Shown here piece by piece: positions 1 through 13,386 of a DNA stretch of 64,000 bases. How positions within the stretch are numbered: the stretch's first letter is position 1; each line of letters starts with the position of its first letter. The stretch is from Nymphaea colorata (lineage: Eukaryota): the NCBI RefSeq assembly GCF_008831285.2, contig NC_045138.2, positions 23,188,001-23,252,000 of the forward strand, given 5' to 3'. The notes below the pieces were generated by a model. The model did no database searches, was not told where the DNA came from, and saw nothing but the letters and a program-made list of their open reading frames with translations. Position numbers and translations under genes: made by a program.

Positions 1-300
1 TGTGTGGTTGTCAGATCTAGCATTGAGGCAGAATATAGGGCAATGGCTACAGACACAGTTGAAGCTTCATGGTTACATCATCTACTTGGGGAACTCTCCC
101 TTCTCATTGCTCAGTCATCTTTATTCTGTGACAACCAAAGTGCGATCAAGATTGCTTTCAATCATGTTCTACATAATCGCACTAAGCATATAGAGATTGA
201 TCAATACTTTATTCGTCAAAAGGTCAGAGTAAGCCGAGATATTCCCTACTTATATAGTCACATCTCAACAAGTAGGTGATCTTTTTACCAAGGGGCTCAC
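1..300 (+). mobile_element. Ty1/Copia retrotransposon remnant, RNase H C-terminus (degenerate, truncated by window start)
   Basis: ORF 4-279 reads VVRSSIEAEYRAMA...LFCDNQSAIKIAFNHVLHNRTKHIEID..FIRQKV, the Copia RNase H signature. After a frameshift, caagtaggtgatctttttaccaaggggctc reads QVGDLFTKGL. Confidence 0.92.
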
Positions 301-434
301 TGACAGCCTGGTGTTGACTACAAAGAACATGATATACTACGATTCTCCAATGCTCTTGTGAAACAATTTGAACTCTTGCTATATAGCAAGAGTTGAATGT
401 TATGTTATATACTTATATAAGGAATTACTAAAAT

Positions 435-896
435 CAGTGTTGTACGTATCGTACACTATGCATCGTCGCATTTCAAAAGTACGATACAATACACCACCTG
501 TATTGTAAACAGGTGGTATATCGTACCTGTGTTGCACATATCTTACAATACAATTATGATACAAATACGACATGTTATGATATAGTTATGATACATTACG
601 ATATGTTATGTTCCTTGTTGTGCTTTCTAGATTGATATTGACATATTGTTATGAATTTTGATGTTTATGAATGATGAAGTAATAAACTGTAACTTTATAG
701 CAAGAATAAGTCTATCATTTTGTAAAACATGTTTTTTTATGAAGAACATATTATTTTTTATTTTTATTGATTTTTACTGATTTTTTTATTTTTTCTAATT
801 ATTTTTTTAAAATACGATGCAGTTACGATATTTTACGATACAACGTATCATAAAGCTAGACTGATACGGCTTACAATACATTTTTTTATAATATTG
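435..896. mobile_element. hAT-like MITE rich in TACGATA/TATCGTA subterminal motifs
   Basis: Starts CAGTGTTGTA and ends TATAATATTG, a degenerate inverted repeat. Flanked by actaaaat / acaaaaac (6/8 match, putative 8-bp TSD). Many internal tacgata motifs. Confidence 0.55.
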
Positions 897-1539
897 ACAA
901 AAACTACTACATATAGACAGGAATGCAAGATGCATTGTTCAAATTGCTGGCCCCAAAATGGTCCCTGTTATCCTGAAAATTTAAGTCACAATAGTTGATG
1001 AAATATATTTTTCACTGTTAAAATGTTGCTCCACACTCTTTACTGGCAACAAAGCGTTAGCACAAAATCACAATGCCAGTGGACAATGATGATGATGATT
1101 CTAAAATGTACAGAAGGTAGTGAATGTTGAAGGCAAATTATCCTGGAACACCTTGATGGAGTAGGTATTATTGAGGTATGATATATGTGTAGCATACTTC
1201 AGGTTAAATGAGAATAGACGAAGATATACATGAGAAAGCTTGCCTAGCTATTAGAACAGGGGAACCAAGGTGAAGCATCTTCCTACGCCCAGGTAGTTCA
1301 CCTATTATACCTGCCAGAATGCAAAAATGTAGATAACCAGCCGATAGATCTGCTAATAGACATTACTAATGGCATGATCGAAGCCGCTACCACGTTAGAT
1401 CTTCTAATAGATATTCTTAGTGAAGGGACCGGCATGATCAAAGCCACTAGCACCGTGTTTATATTTCTCCTATTTTTCAACAGAGATGCAGCTTGTTGAC
1501 TGGTGTTTCTCCATCTCTCTGCAACTTAAATTGAGTTCA

Positions 1540-1950
1540 ACTATAGTCACAAAACACATTGTTTTTTTTTTAAAAAAAAGATAGATATGTCAGCCATTTA
1601 AAATTAAAAAAATGCTTTTTAAAAAAACACCAAAATGAAAAAAACACAAATGAAACACGTTTTTTTCCCTTTTCTCACTTTATTCATTTTTTTTCACTTT
1701 TTTTAATGCCAAATTGCTTGTTTTCAATTTCTAATTTTTATTTGTTGCAATTCTACTTTTTTTTATATTTCATTTTTTTCACTTTTTTAATGCCAAACTA
1801 CTTGTTTTCAATTTCTAATCTTTATTTGTTACAAATGTACTTATTTTTTTATGTTTGTGTTGTTAGTTTCTCACTTATTTTTTTCTCTCTATTTTTTATT
1901 TTTTATTTAAAAAAATCTTATTTTTTACATTTTTTTATTTTTTTTCAAGC
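1540..1950. repeat. AT-rich dispersed repeat with an inverted relative at ~10590-10900
   Basis: tgttagtttctcacttattt and ttttaatgccaaa..tttatttgttgcaa are reverse complements of segments at 10640-10730. Also has an ~80 bp internal tandem duplication (about 1700-1850). Confidence 0.55.
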
Positions 1951-3029
1951 TCGCGGTGTTATACCTGACATAAATTAACACCTGAAAAAGTTTTTAGTGA
2001 GTTCCAAAAAGTTTTTAGTGAGTTAATGAATCACCATCAATCAGTAAACTTTCAACCTCGTACATGCCAAGAATAACATGAGATCATAAATTAAAGGAAA
2101 CGTTTTCTGCAGTAAGAATACAAGGCTGGACATCAGATACAACTTTGAGCTGGAGAATCAGAAAAAAAAAAAAAAACAATCCACAACGACAAAAATTGAC
2201 GCAAGACATGCTTTTCATTGGATCAGGTTGCATCTGCACACCTTTTTCTGTTGAACTTTTTAGTCTAGGTGAGCTGGAGTGCGATTCTGCAACAGAGAAC
2301 ATGAAAATGATAATGTCAGCTGAGAGCAGCAAACAAACAAGAAGAAAGTGATACATAAATCATAGGTTACAAAAATTACTTTCTTGAAATATTCTGCTGA
2401 CAAGACCAACAGACCACCTAATACATCCTTCACCATGCGATCGATCAATCGGCATGACCAAGAAATCACTGCAGTCATTAGTTTCCGCATTCACAAGAGA
2501 CCTAGTAATCTGGTATTAGTGGTTTCCAAAACTATTAGAGAAAAGAAATGAACCAAAGAGGGAAAGAGAGAGAGTGAGAGTCTCCCCTGCAATTTACAAG
2601 AAAATAAAGAAAAAAAGAAAGCCACGAAACAGGGGGAAAGCGGAAGGAAAAGGTCTTGACGGTATTACTATTACCCAGCAAGGGGCAAGGGGATGTCCGT
2701 GGCGTCGGCTGTCTTGCTCGGACACCGATGCTCAACAGTTTTCTTCTAGTGTGGGACCGCAGTAAGGTTGAGAAGAAGGGAGATTTCTGCACATGAAGGG
2801 GGAAGGTTGGAAGGAGGAAGAAGAAAAGGAGAAAAGAAAGACGCGCGGAAATGTTGTCGGGAAAAAGTGGAGGGAGATAAGAGTGTGACAAAGCTGAGAG
2901 AGAGTTTGGAATATCATCTGATTTGAATGGAATGGAATATGCCATTGAACGATAAAAAAAAAAAAAGAATATGAATATGGAAAAGAAAATATTTGACTAA
3001 AAAAGCGGATCACGTTTCTATTTAAAAAA

Positions 3030-3312
3030 TGACGTCTGCAGATATAATAAACATCTGATGGGATTCAGATATGGATACAGACCGAATTTATTTTTAGATA
3101 AATATCTTACATCTAATATTTAATACTCTTAGAAAAAAATAGCAAAATTATATTCAAAATTTAAATTTGAATATGAATATAGAAAACAGATTTCAATTGG
3201 ATTCAGATTGTAAAATCAGACTTTAAATTCAGATTCAAATATGATTTTTTATTATATTTAAATTTTATAAAAAAAAACAGATACGATTAACAGTATATCC
3301 AATCCATTGACA
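3030..3312. mobile_element. MITE-like repeat rich in GGATTCAGAT/ATCCG motifs
   Basis: Repeated ggattcagat and atatccaatcc motifs; related copy at 26187-26604. Boundaries approximate. Confidence 0.5.
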
Positions 3313-3494
3313 AGAGAGTCCGAAGTAATGTCACAAGGTACCGCAGCACCAGATCAGTTCAATTTAAAACCTACTTCCTAGCAGTCGGAGGAGGGTATGG
3401 GTCGCCAGTGGTGTCTTTGGGCTCTCATCTTCACCAGCGCCTGAAGAGTATTGGTAGCCTCTAATGTACTTGGGCTTGGATCCTCAGCAGCGTG

Positions 3495-3937
3495 AGTTGA
3501 TGTGCTACATCAAGTTGACTCCAGCCAACTCAAGTTCGACTCGAACTCACTAGTCAAATCTGGATTCACACTAGCTTGTTTACAAACATATAGACAAGTA
3601 GTTCTTAAAGTTCAAATATGTGCTCAAAATATTAAACGAGTTGAGCTCAAGTTGTAAGAACTCAACTCTTTTAAACTTGACTCGACTTGAATAAACTACA
3701 TAATGGATGTTGAAATATAATCAGAGAATAATAGTTAAATGAATAACTAAACGAGTTAATGAGAAGAAATGAGATAGGCTTAACAGAAATGAGTTAAGCA
3801 AGTTGCATTCAAACTCGACCGTGTATGTTAGAGTCGAGCTGGAGCTTGTTTTATGAAACCAGATTTGTAGTTCGAGCCAAACTTGAACTCGAGGTTTCTT
3901 AGTCGAGTCAAACTCGAATCGGCTCATGTGCATCTAT
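3495..3937. mobile_element. MITE, GAGTCGAG/CTCGACTC family
   Basis: Dense ctcgactcga / gagtcgag / aactcga motifs, ending gctcatgtgcatcta. Same family at 5150-5575, 8345-8645, 26698-27089 and 61690-61850. Confidence 0.65.
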
Positions 3938-4736
3938 ACTGCTAGTGAACCTGTAAAACATCGAACAGTCTTTGTGACAAATTTATAGGTCAGTTTGTTA
4001 TTTTTTTCTGTCACCAAACTACTCCTAACGGCATGCTTGAGCACCAATCCTTGCACAGAATTATAAGACAGTTTGTTATTGTTCTGTTGCTAAACAAATC
4101 TTAACAAAATCGTATACCATCTAGATATATACATCAAATTTTTGGAAATATAATTCTGTATAAGAATAGGAAATTGTGTTATGAAATTTCCAAAACATTA
4201 CGTATGAAAAGTTGTCATAGGACAATGCCATCAATAATTTTTTCCTAGATTGAAGCTATAGGTATGACCTACACATGACGAAAAGCCTAAGTGACTACTA
4301 AAATAATGATTCCCATGACTTACTTTCAAACTTATGGAGTTCTAGAGGATGAATTGCCTCAACCTAGTTTGCCTTAATATATTTCAATATTTTCATATTT
4401 TTTTTTGCAAATGTACGGTGCATCTATAGAGTTAAATTTGTTCGAGAATGACTGTCTAAGAAAGAAATGGTCATTTTATCACATTAGTATGAAGCTATCT
4501 TTTTAAAGTAAGTGATATTCTAGAAATATGATGCTTCTCTCAGCCTGCTTAAGACAATATATTATACTTCAGTTGCAATATAATACAACTTCCAACATTT
4601 TTTATATATATCTGTTTAGTTATGAACATGTAATTGCTTGGATGACTTTATTGGACACAGGTTTATATTTGCATATGTATTTTTTATTCTAGAAATTAAT
4701 GTCAATCATGAATTAGGAAAAAAAAAATTAACAAAT

Positions 4737-5063
4737 CATTACCAACTCATGCAAATGCATCGATAAATATTATTACCAATGTTTTGAAGAACGTTGGTCA
4801 AAGTATTACAAACGTTCAACTGCCTGTCGATAAAATGTTTTTCAACGTCTAGTTGCGTGCTGATGAACATTTTTACCAACATGTCGATAAAAAAATTTAC
4901 CGACGTCATTGTCTTTATACCAACTCGTGCTGTAGAAATGTTAATAAAAGTTTTCACCAACATTTTTTTCACTGACGACCAATGTAAACAAGGATAAAAA
5001 TTTTACCAACGTTCGATCCCATTTTACCGACGTTTTTCACCTTCTTTTTTCTTTTTTGTAGTG
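4737..5063. mobile_element. Small non-autonomous CACTA (EnSpm)-like element
   Basis: Right end ttttttgtagtg is the reverse complement of CACTACAAAAAA. Left end is degenerate (cattacca). Subterminal ttttaccgacg/ttttaccaac repeats. Confidence 0.6.
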
Positions 5064-5149
5064 ATACTTCAAGAAATCTACTGGTCGAACCAAATATACC
5101 AAGTACTCTTCCCTAATTCTGCTTTTGAAGGGAACTACAATACTTAGTC

Positions 5150-5575
5150 TTATTCAATCAGTCGAGCTAACTCGCGCTTGACTCGAACTCGCTCAATAAA
5201 CTTGACTTGAACTCGACTCATTTATTAAACGAGTCAAGTTTAAGTTCAAAAATGAACTCGACAACTTAAACGAGTCGAGCTCGTGTTAAGTGGGCTTGTA
5301 TCCGTTAAACTTGGTTAAACTCGAAAAGAAATATATATAAATATAACTCATAAAATTATCAAAAAATGTAGATTCTTGTGACTGGTATGTTGGAGGTTCC
5401 ATGTTCAAATGTATATGTCACCTCTTTCTTTAAAAAAAATAATTTTTTAATGAAACTTGAGTCGAGTTGAGGTTGAGCTAATGAAATCAAACTCGAAGCG
5501 AGTTTGAGTTTCTTTCAGGACACTCAAGCCGAGTTGAAGCTGGTTCAACTCTGCTCGTACTAGCTCATGAAGAGC
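5150..5575. mobile_element. MITE, GAGTCGAG/CTCGACTC family
   Basis: Clusters of cttgactcgaactcg and gagtcgagc motifs at both ends around an AT-rich core. Boundaries approximate. Confidence 0.6.
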
Positions 5576-5804
5576 ACTAACAGTACTTGATGAAACCTTT
5601 TGCAAATAAAAATAATAGTTAATAATGAATGGTGTCTTAATATGTGATCCATATCAAAAGCTCCCCATTCAACGTCTAACCTTGTCGGCATACTTACAAA
5701 AGTCGTGGAATCAATCAATAAGAAAAATCTGTGGACGTAAACCAGAGACACCTAGGAAAATGGATTTGACAAGAAGGAAACAAAAAATAAAAATTAACAC
5801 ATAG

Positions 5805-5983
5805 TAGGGGCGGCGTAGGTGTGGGCTGCGTGGATACAACCTACAGAGACTACTATAAAAACTTGATTTAATGATTGAATTTGGGTTGATTTAAGTCCAA
5901 TTGTATCGATCACGGTGCCAATCAAAAATTTGTTACTTACATATTTAGTGTCTCATAGACAAAAAATTCTGGCTCCACCTTGA
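5805..5983. mobile_element. Short hAT-like MITE (AGGGGCGG...CTCCACCTT type)
   Basis: Begins taggggcggcg and ends ctggctccaccttg. Flanks acacatag / acgcatag resemble an 8-bp TSD. Confidence 0.45.
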
Positions 5984-7007
5984 ACGCATAGACAGTTGGA
6001 AGTGGGCAGCAAAGAGATTTGAAATGATTATTTAATATCAAATCATTCATGAAACTTAGTCCAAAATCTTTGATGAATAGACAGTAAATGGGTCAGATGG
6101 ATCAAGGACCACCGTTTGAAATATGATGATTCAACATGTATTCCATTTTCAATATCACAAAAATTGATTATCAAGGTTGTGACAAAAACTAGACAAAAAT
6201 AACAAAATGCTTATGTAAGTTAGGCAATACCTCATGATGCGCTATCATGCTTACTCACGGTAAATGATAGGGAATTTGTCAAGCTACCACTATTGGTTGC
6301 CAACAAGTTTATAATTATTATATACAATTAACCACATAAAGGAAAAATGTTATAAGTTGCTTGTTTAGCTATGCCCTTGGATATTGATTATTTAGGTCGA
6401 TTACTGAGACTAACTACTACTCCAAATGTTCTTCCTTCAGCAAATTAACCATCGATTAGCAATGAATCTAAAAATGGCAACAACTAATTGTATTACGAGT
6501 CTATAATATTGTTGTTTTTGTTTTAAATCTCGAAGAGTATTAACAACTTGAACATCTTCTAAAAGAAATAAGTTGGTGGTGGAGAACTTCATAGGTCTAC
6601 TCTTTGCTTTTTATTCAACTTCACCCTGAACCATAGACTTTGGTCCTTCCAAGCATGTGACTTATGATTTTAATGGTTCTATGTCAAATTATCATTTCCT
6701 CTCACAAATAAATTAAAAAGTCCATTAAAGCAGCATAATAAGGATCCTACGAAGAGTTTTTTTTGAATTAGTCTTTTTATATCAAATTGGAATCCTCTCA
6801 CAAGTAAAGAATCTATTCAAGTTTAATTTTTGAAATTAGTCTTTATTAATTGTTTCTATATAAACCTTTATTTAATATATTTTTTTTACTACTAATGAAC
6901 TTACTAGAACCATGCATTATTCCGTTGCTTTCTTTCCACATCCTGGTTTAAGAACTTGCGCCGGAGACAAAGATGAACAGTAAACAGAAAGATACCTTCA
7001 TTGTCAC

Positions 7008-7130
7008 CACTACCAAAAAAAAAAAGTCTTTATTGACGACTAAAAAATGTTGCTAAAAATGCGAAAAATGTTAGTAAATTTTTATCGGAGTCAATAAAAA
7101 TGCGAAAAATGTCCCTAAGTTACATTTTAG
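7008..7130 (+). mobile_element. CACTA transposon left-end fragment
   Basis: CACTACCAAAAA followed by aaaaatgttgctaaaaatgcgaaaaatg-type subterminal repeats. Confidence 0.5.
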
Positions 7131-8344
7131 TCAGTTAGTTAATTTTTTTTTTGGTTTCTAAAGAGTTCTTAATTTGGAGCCTCTTACTTAATTGTTTTTA
7201 GCAAAAAATGTAGGTATTGTTAAAAATGATTCAAAAATAGTCTTTTTCTTTTTCTAAATTATAAGCAAAAAAGTACATAGGTCATGTTTCATAGAACTAA
7301 GCTTTGTGTTAATGCTGAAACTGGTTGAGGTTGGAACCAATTTCTCCTCTTGTTTGACAACAAAGTACAAGGCACTAACACCATTCTCTTGAGCGATTTC
7401 TAAATTGTAGCTTTTATAAAAAAAATTAGAAGTAGTCTTCCTTCTAAATTATTAAAAAAAAAAAGGTTGTACGTGTTTCATATAAGTAAGCTTTACTGGT
7501 TGTAGGGAAGAAAATATTTTGACCACGTGAATCTTGGGACTCATTTCTCCTTTTGCTTGATAAAAATTTGAAGGAATTATATATATATATCATTGGTATA
7601 GTTTATTATTATTTTTGTCAGATGGAATACATATCAAACGGCCTTCTCGTCCCTTTCTACAACTTCTTCAAAGCTAACTCCATTCACTTTTCTACAACGG
7701 AATTTTGTCTTTTTTTTAATCCATTGTTTATTCTTATGTTAAAGAAGTGAAAGCAACAGGAAAGGGTCGTCTGACATCAAAGACACTCTCAAAATATCAT
7801 ATGACTGTGTCCTAAAGATTGAACAAAACAACTCAAATTAAAGAAAATGAGACAAAAAAATTATATAGAAGGAGTTCGAAGTTACATTTCGGTTGTGAAT
7901 TTAAAATTGAAATTCAAATCAGACCGAGCTGTTAGTTTGAGACTCAGGTTGCACACGGGATAAGACTTTTCTTCCCTATGACTTGAATCCAAATTCCATT
8001 CAACATATATGGATACATTAATAAAAATATGTCGATAACAATGATCGGATTGCAAATTTCAATTCAAAATATCTGAATGTTCATATCATATATGGATACA
8101 TTCAAATCCGATTGGCCGACTCTTGTCCGAACGTAGATGACGAAGGAAGCCGTCGTCATTCAATACTTATCTCCTTCCTTCCTAAAACTGGTTTGACTGA
8201 CCGGGCAAGAAGGTCGGCCAAGTTGGACTTTATATGGTGAAAAACGATTGAGCACCCACGCCATATCTGAACCATTGCAAACTCTCAAATGGAAATCGAA
8301 TGCTGCTCTGGTTGAACTTGGTGCTAAAATTTGACTTTTCATAC

Positions 8345-8645
8345 CTGGCCAGCTCGGACTCGGCCCGATTATATATCGTCAAGCTCAAGCTCAACTCACT
8401 GTGTTAGCCTGCCTTGTCTCTTTTAACTCATTTAACACGTCAACTCGTTTAACTATTTCAATTATGATAAACCAATTTTACGTAGTCGAGCCGAGCCGAG
8501 TTCAAACGAGTTGAGTTTTTATATCTCGAACTCGACTCGTGTAACATTGCAAGTATAAATTTAAGCTTGAGATCGACTCATTTATAAAGGAGTCAGGTTT
8601 TTTTCCAACGAGTTCGAGTCAAACTCGAGTTGGTTCAACTCACCT
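8345..8645. mobile_element. MITE, GAGTCGAG/CTCGACTC family
   Basis: gtcgagccgagccgag, ctcgaactcgactcg and gagttcgagtcaaactcgag motifs. Confidence 0.55.
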
Positions 8646-11600
8646 ACATACTTCCTCGCTACATTTTGCTTTTCACAAACCTAGTTTTGACGGTCATCCA
8701 AGCAAATCTTAAATGGCTTTTTGAAGTCAAAGTGCCGTATCGTCTCCAAACATGCTGTCTAACAGCATCATCGAAGCACGCACTTAAAACTTTTCTTTCC
8801 TTCAAGAATCTCATAAAAATTATCATTCCTTTAAGAATCTCAATCAATATTAATCGCAAGATAAGAATATCAAGATATCATGACAAAGAATATTTTATGT
8901 ACATATACGAATTCTAGTGTAATCGGTAAACCCCCCATGATTTTTGAAAAACTTTCAGCTTAAGATTTAAAAATACTGAAACTTATCACGAGGTTTCCAA
9001 ATTAACATTGCATTTCTTATTTTTAAAGTTGCATAAGAACGCGCAAATAATTAATACTTATGAGAAGCACATAGTCGACTTTAATTCTTCCAAATGGTAC
9101 GTCTCTAGCTAGAGAAAATGATCAACAATTCTTATCCGGAAAGATAGAAAAAAGGAGGCAAAACTCGATCAGAGTTTCATCTAATTGGATAAACAAGCGC
9201 AATTGGCTAAGACATGCGCCTTAATTTGGTAACTGCCAAGTCAATAAAGAACATGGGGTCCTTTTCTGTGATAATGACCTTGATATATATTGTGAGCGCG
9301 ATATTCCGAATAGGTCCAAGTCTTTTTCCTTTTTTTTCTATTCATGGGGTCCAGGATTGTTTGGACGACCCGAATGAAGAACGGGACACCTTTCAATGAG
9401 AACATCAGTATACTTTCATTTGGTCAACATACGCAAACTAATTTGAAGCAACGACCATACATTTCTTACGAAATTCAAGTATGTTGAATCTCGAACATAT
9501 AAATTGCCTACGGAGACTTTTTCTTCTCCTTGATCTTCTTTCTTTTATTTTTTCTTCATTGCTCTTGCGAGAGATGTTGGCAAGTTTTTTCATGCACGTC
9601 ACGTCTGCGACGCGATTCTTGTGCTTGTTCTTTTAATAAATTTGATAGCCACCAGATTTTCTTTATTCTTTTCAATATTTGATGACAAATATTGTTTTTT
9701 GAAGAACCCACGTAGAGTTGTTGAAAACGTATAAAAATTGAAATATGTTTTCACTGGCGTTTTTAATTTATTGGGCAAAAATAACAAGTAAATTTACACT
9801 ATTCCATTTGTGATGCACTGTTTGGTAAGAGGGTCTGCTTTCTAAAAGCTAGTCATTGGCATGACTTGGGCTGCCACTAAAAAAAAAAGTTTTTGAAGCG
9901 TACTCTATGAACCTCATAGACTATGCCTATATTTATATTTATATTTATATTTATGTTTATATTTATATATGCATATGTGTGTGTGCGTGTATATATATAT
10001 ACAAGACCATTTCTATAAGGGATAAAAACCAGACCTCTTAAATTCATGTTAAAAAGTATTTTAAACAAAATATGAAGCTTCTAATGTATTTATGAACAAT
10101 AATTTAATATGAATCATGTTTTAGTTCAAGTTATTTTTGTTTTTAAAAAAAATTGATTTGTATATTACCAAAAAATTTGATGCTATAAGAGTGGTTAATT
10201 TTTTTTACCATTAAAAAACAACAGTTTAATATTGATATTCCAAAACGATGTACATTTTCCATTTGTTCATATCATTTTAATATTTTCAGTATAATATCAA
10301 AGCAAGTGCATGTTGCTATGCCAACTATGTTTTTGAATTCTAAAAAAAATGCCTAGCCAAAGGTTGCAAGATCTCTAATAGAAAAAAGAAAAAGTGATTA
10401 GGGTCATGATTCTAAACCATTGTTTCCTGATTATCAAGATTCATCTCTTGAGGAAAATCAGCATCATGATAACCTTGTTCAATAATTATCTAAGGCAACT
10501 CAAAAATCTCTGCCAGCCTGAACATCATGATGAACCTAATCCTTATTTCTTGGGTATAATATGGCGATGTTGAAAAAAACGAGAAAAATATGATAATTTT
10601 TTAAAAATTTAAAAAAACTAGAAATGAGGGAAAAATAAAATAAGTGAGAAACTAATAACACCAACATCAAAATATAAGTATATTTGCAACAAATAAAAAA
10701 AATAAAAAAATGTTTGGCATTAAAAATACTGAAAAAGGTGAAAAAGTGAAAAACACAACAAAACGTGTTAAAAACGGGTTAAAACCCCTTTTTTTCGTTT
10801 TTAATATTTTTTTTCCAAAAAACACTTTTTTAAGTTTTAAACGGTCATTCAATTTATCATGTTTTTTCGAAAAAAAACACGTTTTCTGTGAGTATTCTGG
10901 AAACCAAAATTTTTTTATGAGAGTGGTCAAATTAAAGTTTTTAAATTTTGACATGGACCAAAATATTATTTTTAAAAATTTTAATATAAAACAAGTAAAA
11001 TATATTATTTTTTAAAATTTTAATATAAAACAAGTAAAATGTTTTAAAATTTATATGGAAATTTTAAAAAAATTTGAGGTGGGGCCTGGGCCCATGTGGT
11101 CCCCTTAAGTGCCAGCATGTGGTAGGCAGAATTAGGTAGAACTAGGAATATTTCATTGTACAATGAAAAACTTGTCGTACCTCCTTTTTTTTTAATTTGT
11201 TTTCAACTTCTCACGTGTTTGAGCCTCCTAATTTCTATTATTGGTAATCAACTTCTTATATGATTTTGAAAAACACGCAAAAGTTGTGACTCAAAAAGCA
11301 AATAAGAGCACAAAATTGATGCTAATAAAATTATTGACCAAACGTCACAAAACTAGCTATCTGACATGGTCAGAACATTACTGAGTTTTTGCCTTATATA
11401 GTAAAGAGTGAGCTAACAATTCCGTTTCTATCTCCAACTAATCCTACATGATATAGAAAACCGATAAATGTTTATAAAATAAAGCGTATTAATGTTTGTT
11501 TTATTACTTAAAGGATTATGGAAACACGCATGACGCTCGATCCCAGACAACGATAAGAAATTGTTGGATTTTATTACTTCTTAGATAAACGACAATGCAT

Positions 11601-11854
11601 CTTATTTATCTAATGCCATGCATGGGTCTAACATAAATTTCTTATTATTATAAACTTTAGACCATGCCTTCTGCAAATAAAGTCATGATGGGACAGCTCA
11701 CAAAAGGATATCTCTGGTATTTCTTTTTTACACCTTTTACAATTTAATGTGTTTCGAAAATGTGTTTCGAAAGTTTCCATATGTTGAATAAACTTTCCAA
11801 GTTATTTCCATTAGTTAATATTTTGGCCATCATTTCATCTCTTCATCAAATAGT

Positions 11855-12050
11855 GAGGGGTAAAGCTAGAAATTTTTTATACGTGAGCCGAGTTAAAGTT
11901 CCTAAATTTTAACTAGAGCCGAAATATTCATTTTTCAAAAATTTTATATAAAACAAGTGTAATTTTTTAAAATTGATATTTAAATTTTTTAAAAATTTAT
12001 TTTTGAAGTGGAGCTAGGCCCCAAGCAGGCCCTACCTTGACTTGGCCCTG
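11855..12050. mobile_element. hAT-type MITE with 8-bp TSD
   Basis: Ends gaggggtaaagc... and ...cttggccctg, flanked by caaatagt (11847-11854) and caaatagc (12051-12058), a 7/8 match. Confidence 0.65.
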
Positions 12051-12296
12051 CAAATAGCCATAGTATAGACAGTGATTGAGCCTGATATTTTGGCTGAGAT
12101 GAACTCACCATATGTTTGAGGGGCATTGTATATATAAGTATACAAAATTTTAGGGTCAATCAATAAGTAAAGAAGAGAATGTTTATTGCCTGTACATGTT
12201 AAGTGCAGGCAACAAGAGCGCACAAGAACTCGGAATCTCTGTGTATGTGTGTACATGAGAGAAAGAGATCACTTGATCGAATAGTTTTTCGGTAGG

Positions 12297-12336
<40 letters not shown>

Positions 12337-12599
12337 AGAAGGCCTACTTACAGGACTCAATTGGGATGACATGCCTTCTATCTAACCAACTACATCAGCC
12401 CAACCAGCTATGTACATTTAAATATATTTTCAAGTTAAATAAACATATGCAATATATTTTCCACTTTTATATTCGGTCATCCGACTTTTCTGAAGATGTA
12501 AGACATAGTCTGCTGAAAATTGAATGTACATAAATTCACACGCACAAACACAGAGGCAAAGAGATGTACAACATTACGCCAACAAATACAAGGATTATT

Positions 12600-12672
12600 T
12601 ATAACCATCTATATAAGCCACCTTGGGAATTGAACCCGAGATGCGGCTGCCCATATGAAGTGCTTTAGTTAT
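12600..12672 (-). mobile_element. tRNA-derived SINE-like fragment
   Basis: Minus strand has GGGTTCAATTCCC (pol III B-box; plus strand gggaattgaacc at 12625-12636). No complete tRNA cloverleaf seen. Confidence 0.4.
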
Positions 12673-12710
12673 AAATACGAGAGTTTATAAGGCTTCGCAA
12701 GAAGAAACTA

Positions 12711-12962
12711 CGTCGCGTTTGATTTCAGATTCGCGGTAGCGTGAGATCTCGATCTACGGTTTTGAGGTCCAACATGCACCCAATCAGATCTTAAATCCAT
12801 GTTTTTTACACTATATAATATGGATTTGAGATCCACGTTTTACACTATATGTGGATTTGAGATCCATGTTCGGGTGAATGCTGAAATCGAATCCACAGGT
12901 TGAGGTATCGTGGATGTTAGATCCTCTCGGGTCCAAAATCCACGGAAAATCCAAACGCAACC
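12711..12962. mobile_element. Tourist/PIF-Harbinger-like MITE
   Basis: Ends cgcgtttgatttc ... gaaaatccaaacgcaacc followed by TTA. Internal repeated ggatttgagatcca motifs. Confidence 0.5.
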
Positions 12963-13262
12963 TTAAACCTTGGACTTGTTGAGGCTAACTGGTAAGTTTA
13001 TGCGGGCCACACAATCATCCGATAATGGGCGATTGGTCCACCCTCCTCCCTTAGGTCTCTCTCTCTCTCTCTCTCTCTCTAAAAATCTTGCCTCGCTGAA
13101 CAACATTTGCGACATTTTGTCTCACCCATTAATTCTACACAACGAATTTATTGAAGCTACCACAGTAAGCGGACCTACAAGCAATTGCATGACTCTCACT
13201 CTCTTCTTTTTCCTGCGTCCAGCATTCTTGAATGTGGCTCCGTTTAATGAAGTCCTTATCAG

Positions 13263-13386
13263 CTCTCTCTCTCACATTTGAGGATTTTCTTGCTTGAGAA
13301 GTTTCCTAAACCTTGCTTGAGAAGTGTCTGTCAACGAGTTTAAGAAACTTCTCAAGCAAGAAAAACCTCAAATATGAGAGAGAGAG
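13263..13386. repeat. Near-perfect 49-bp inverted repeat (hairpin) with 26-nt loop
   Basis: ctctctctctcacatttgaggattttcttgcttgagaagtttcctaaac (13263-13311) pairs with gtttaagaaacttctcaagcaagaaaaacctcaaatatgagagagagag (13338-13386) with 3 mismatches. Confidence 0.85.
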
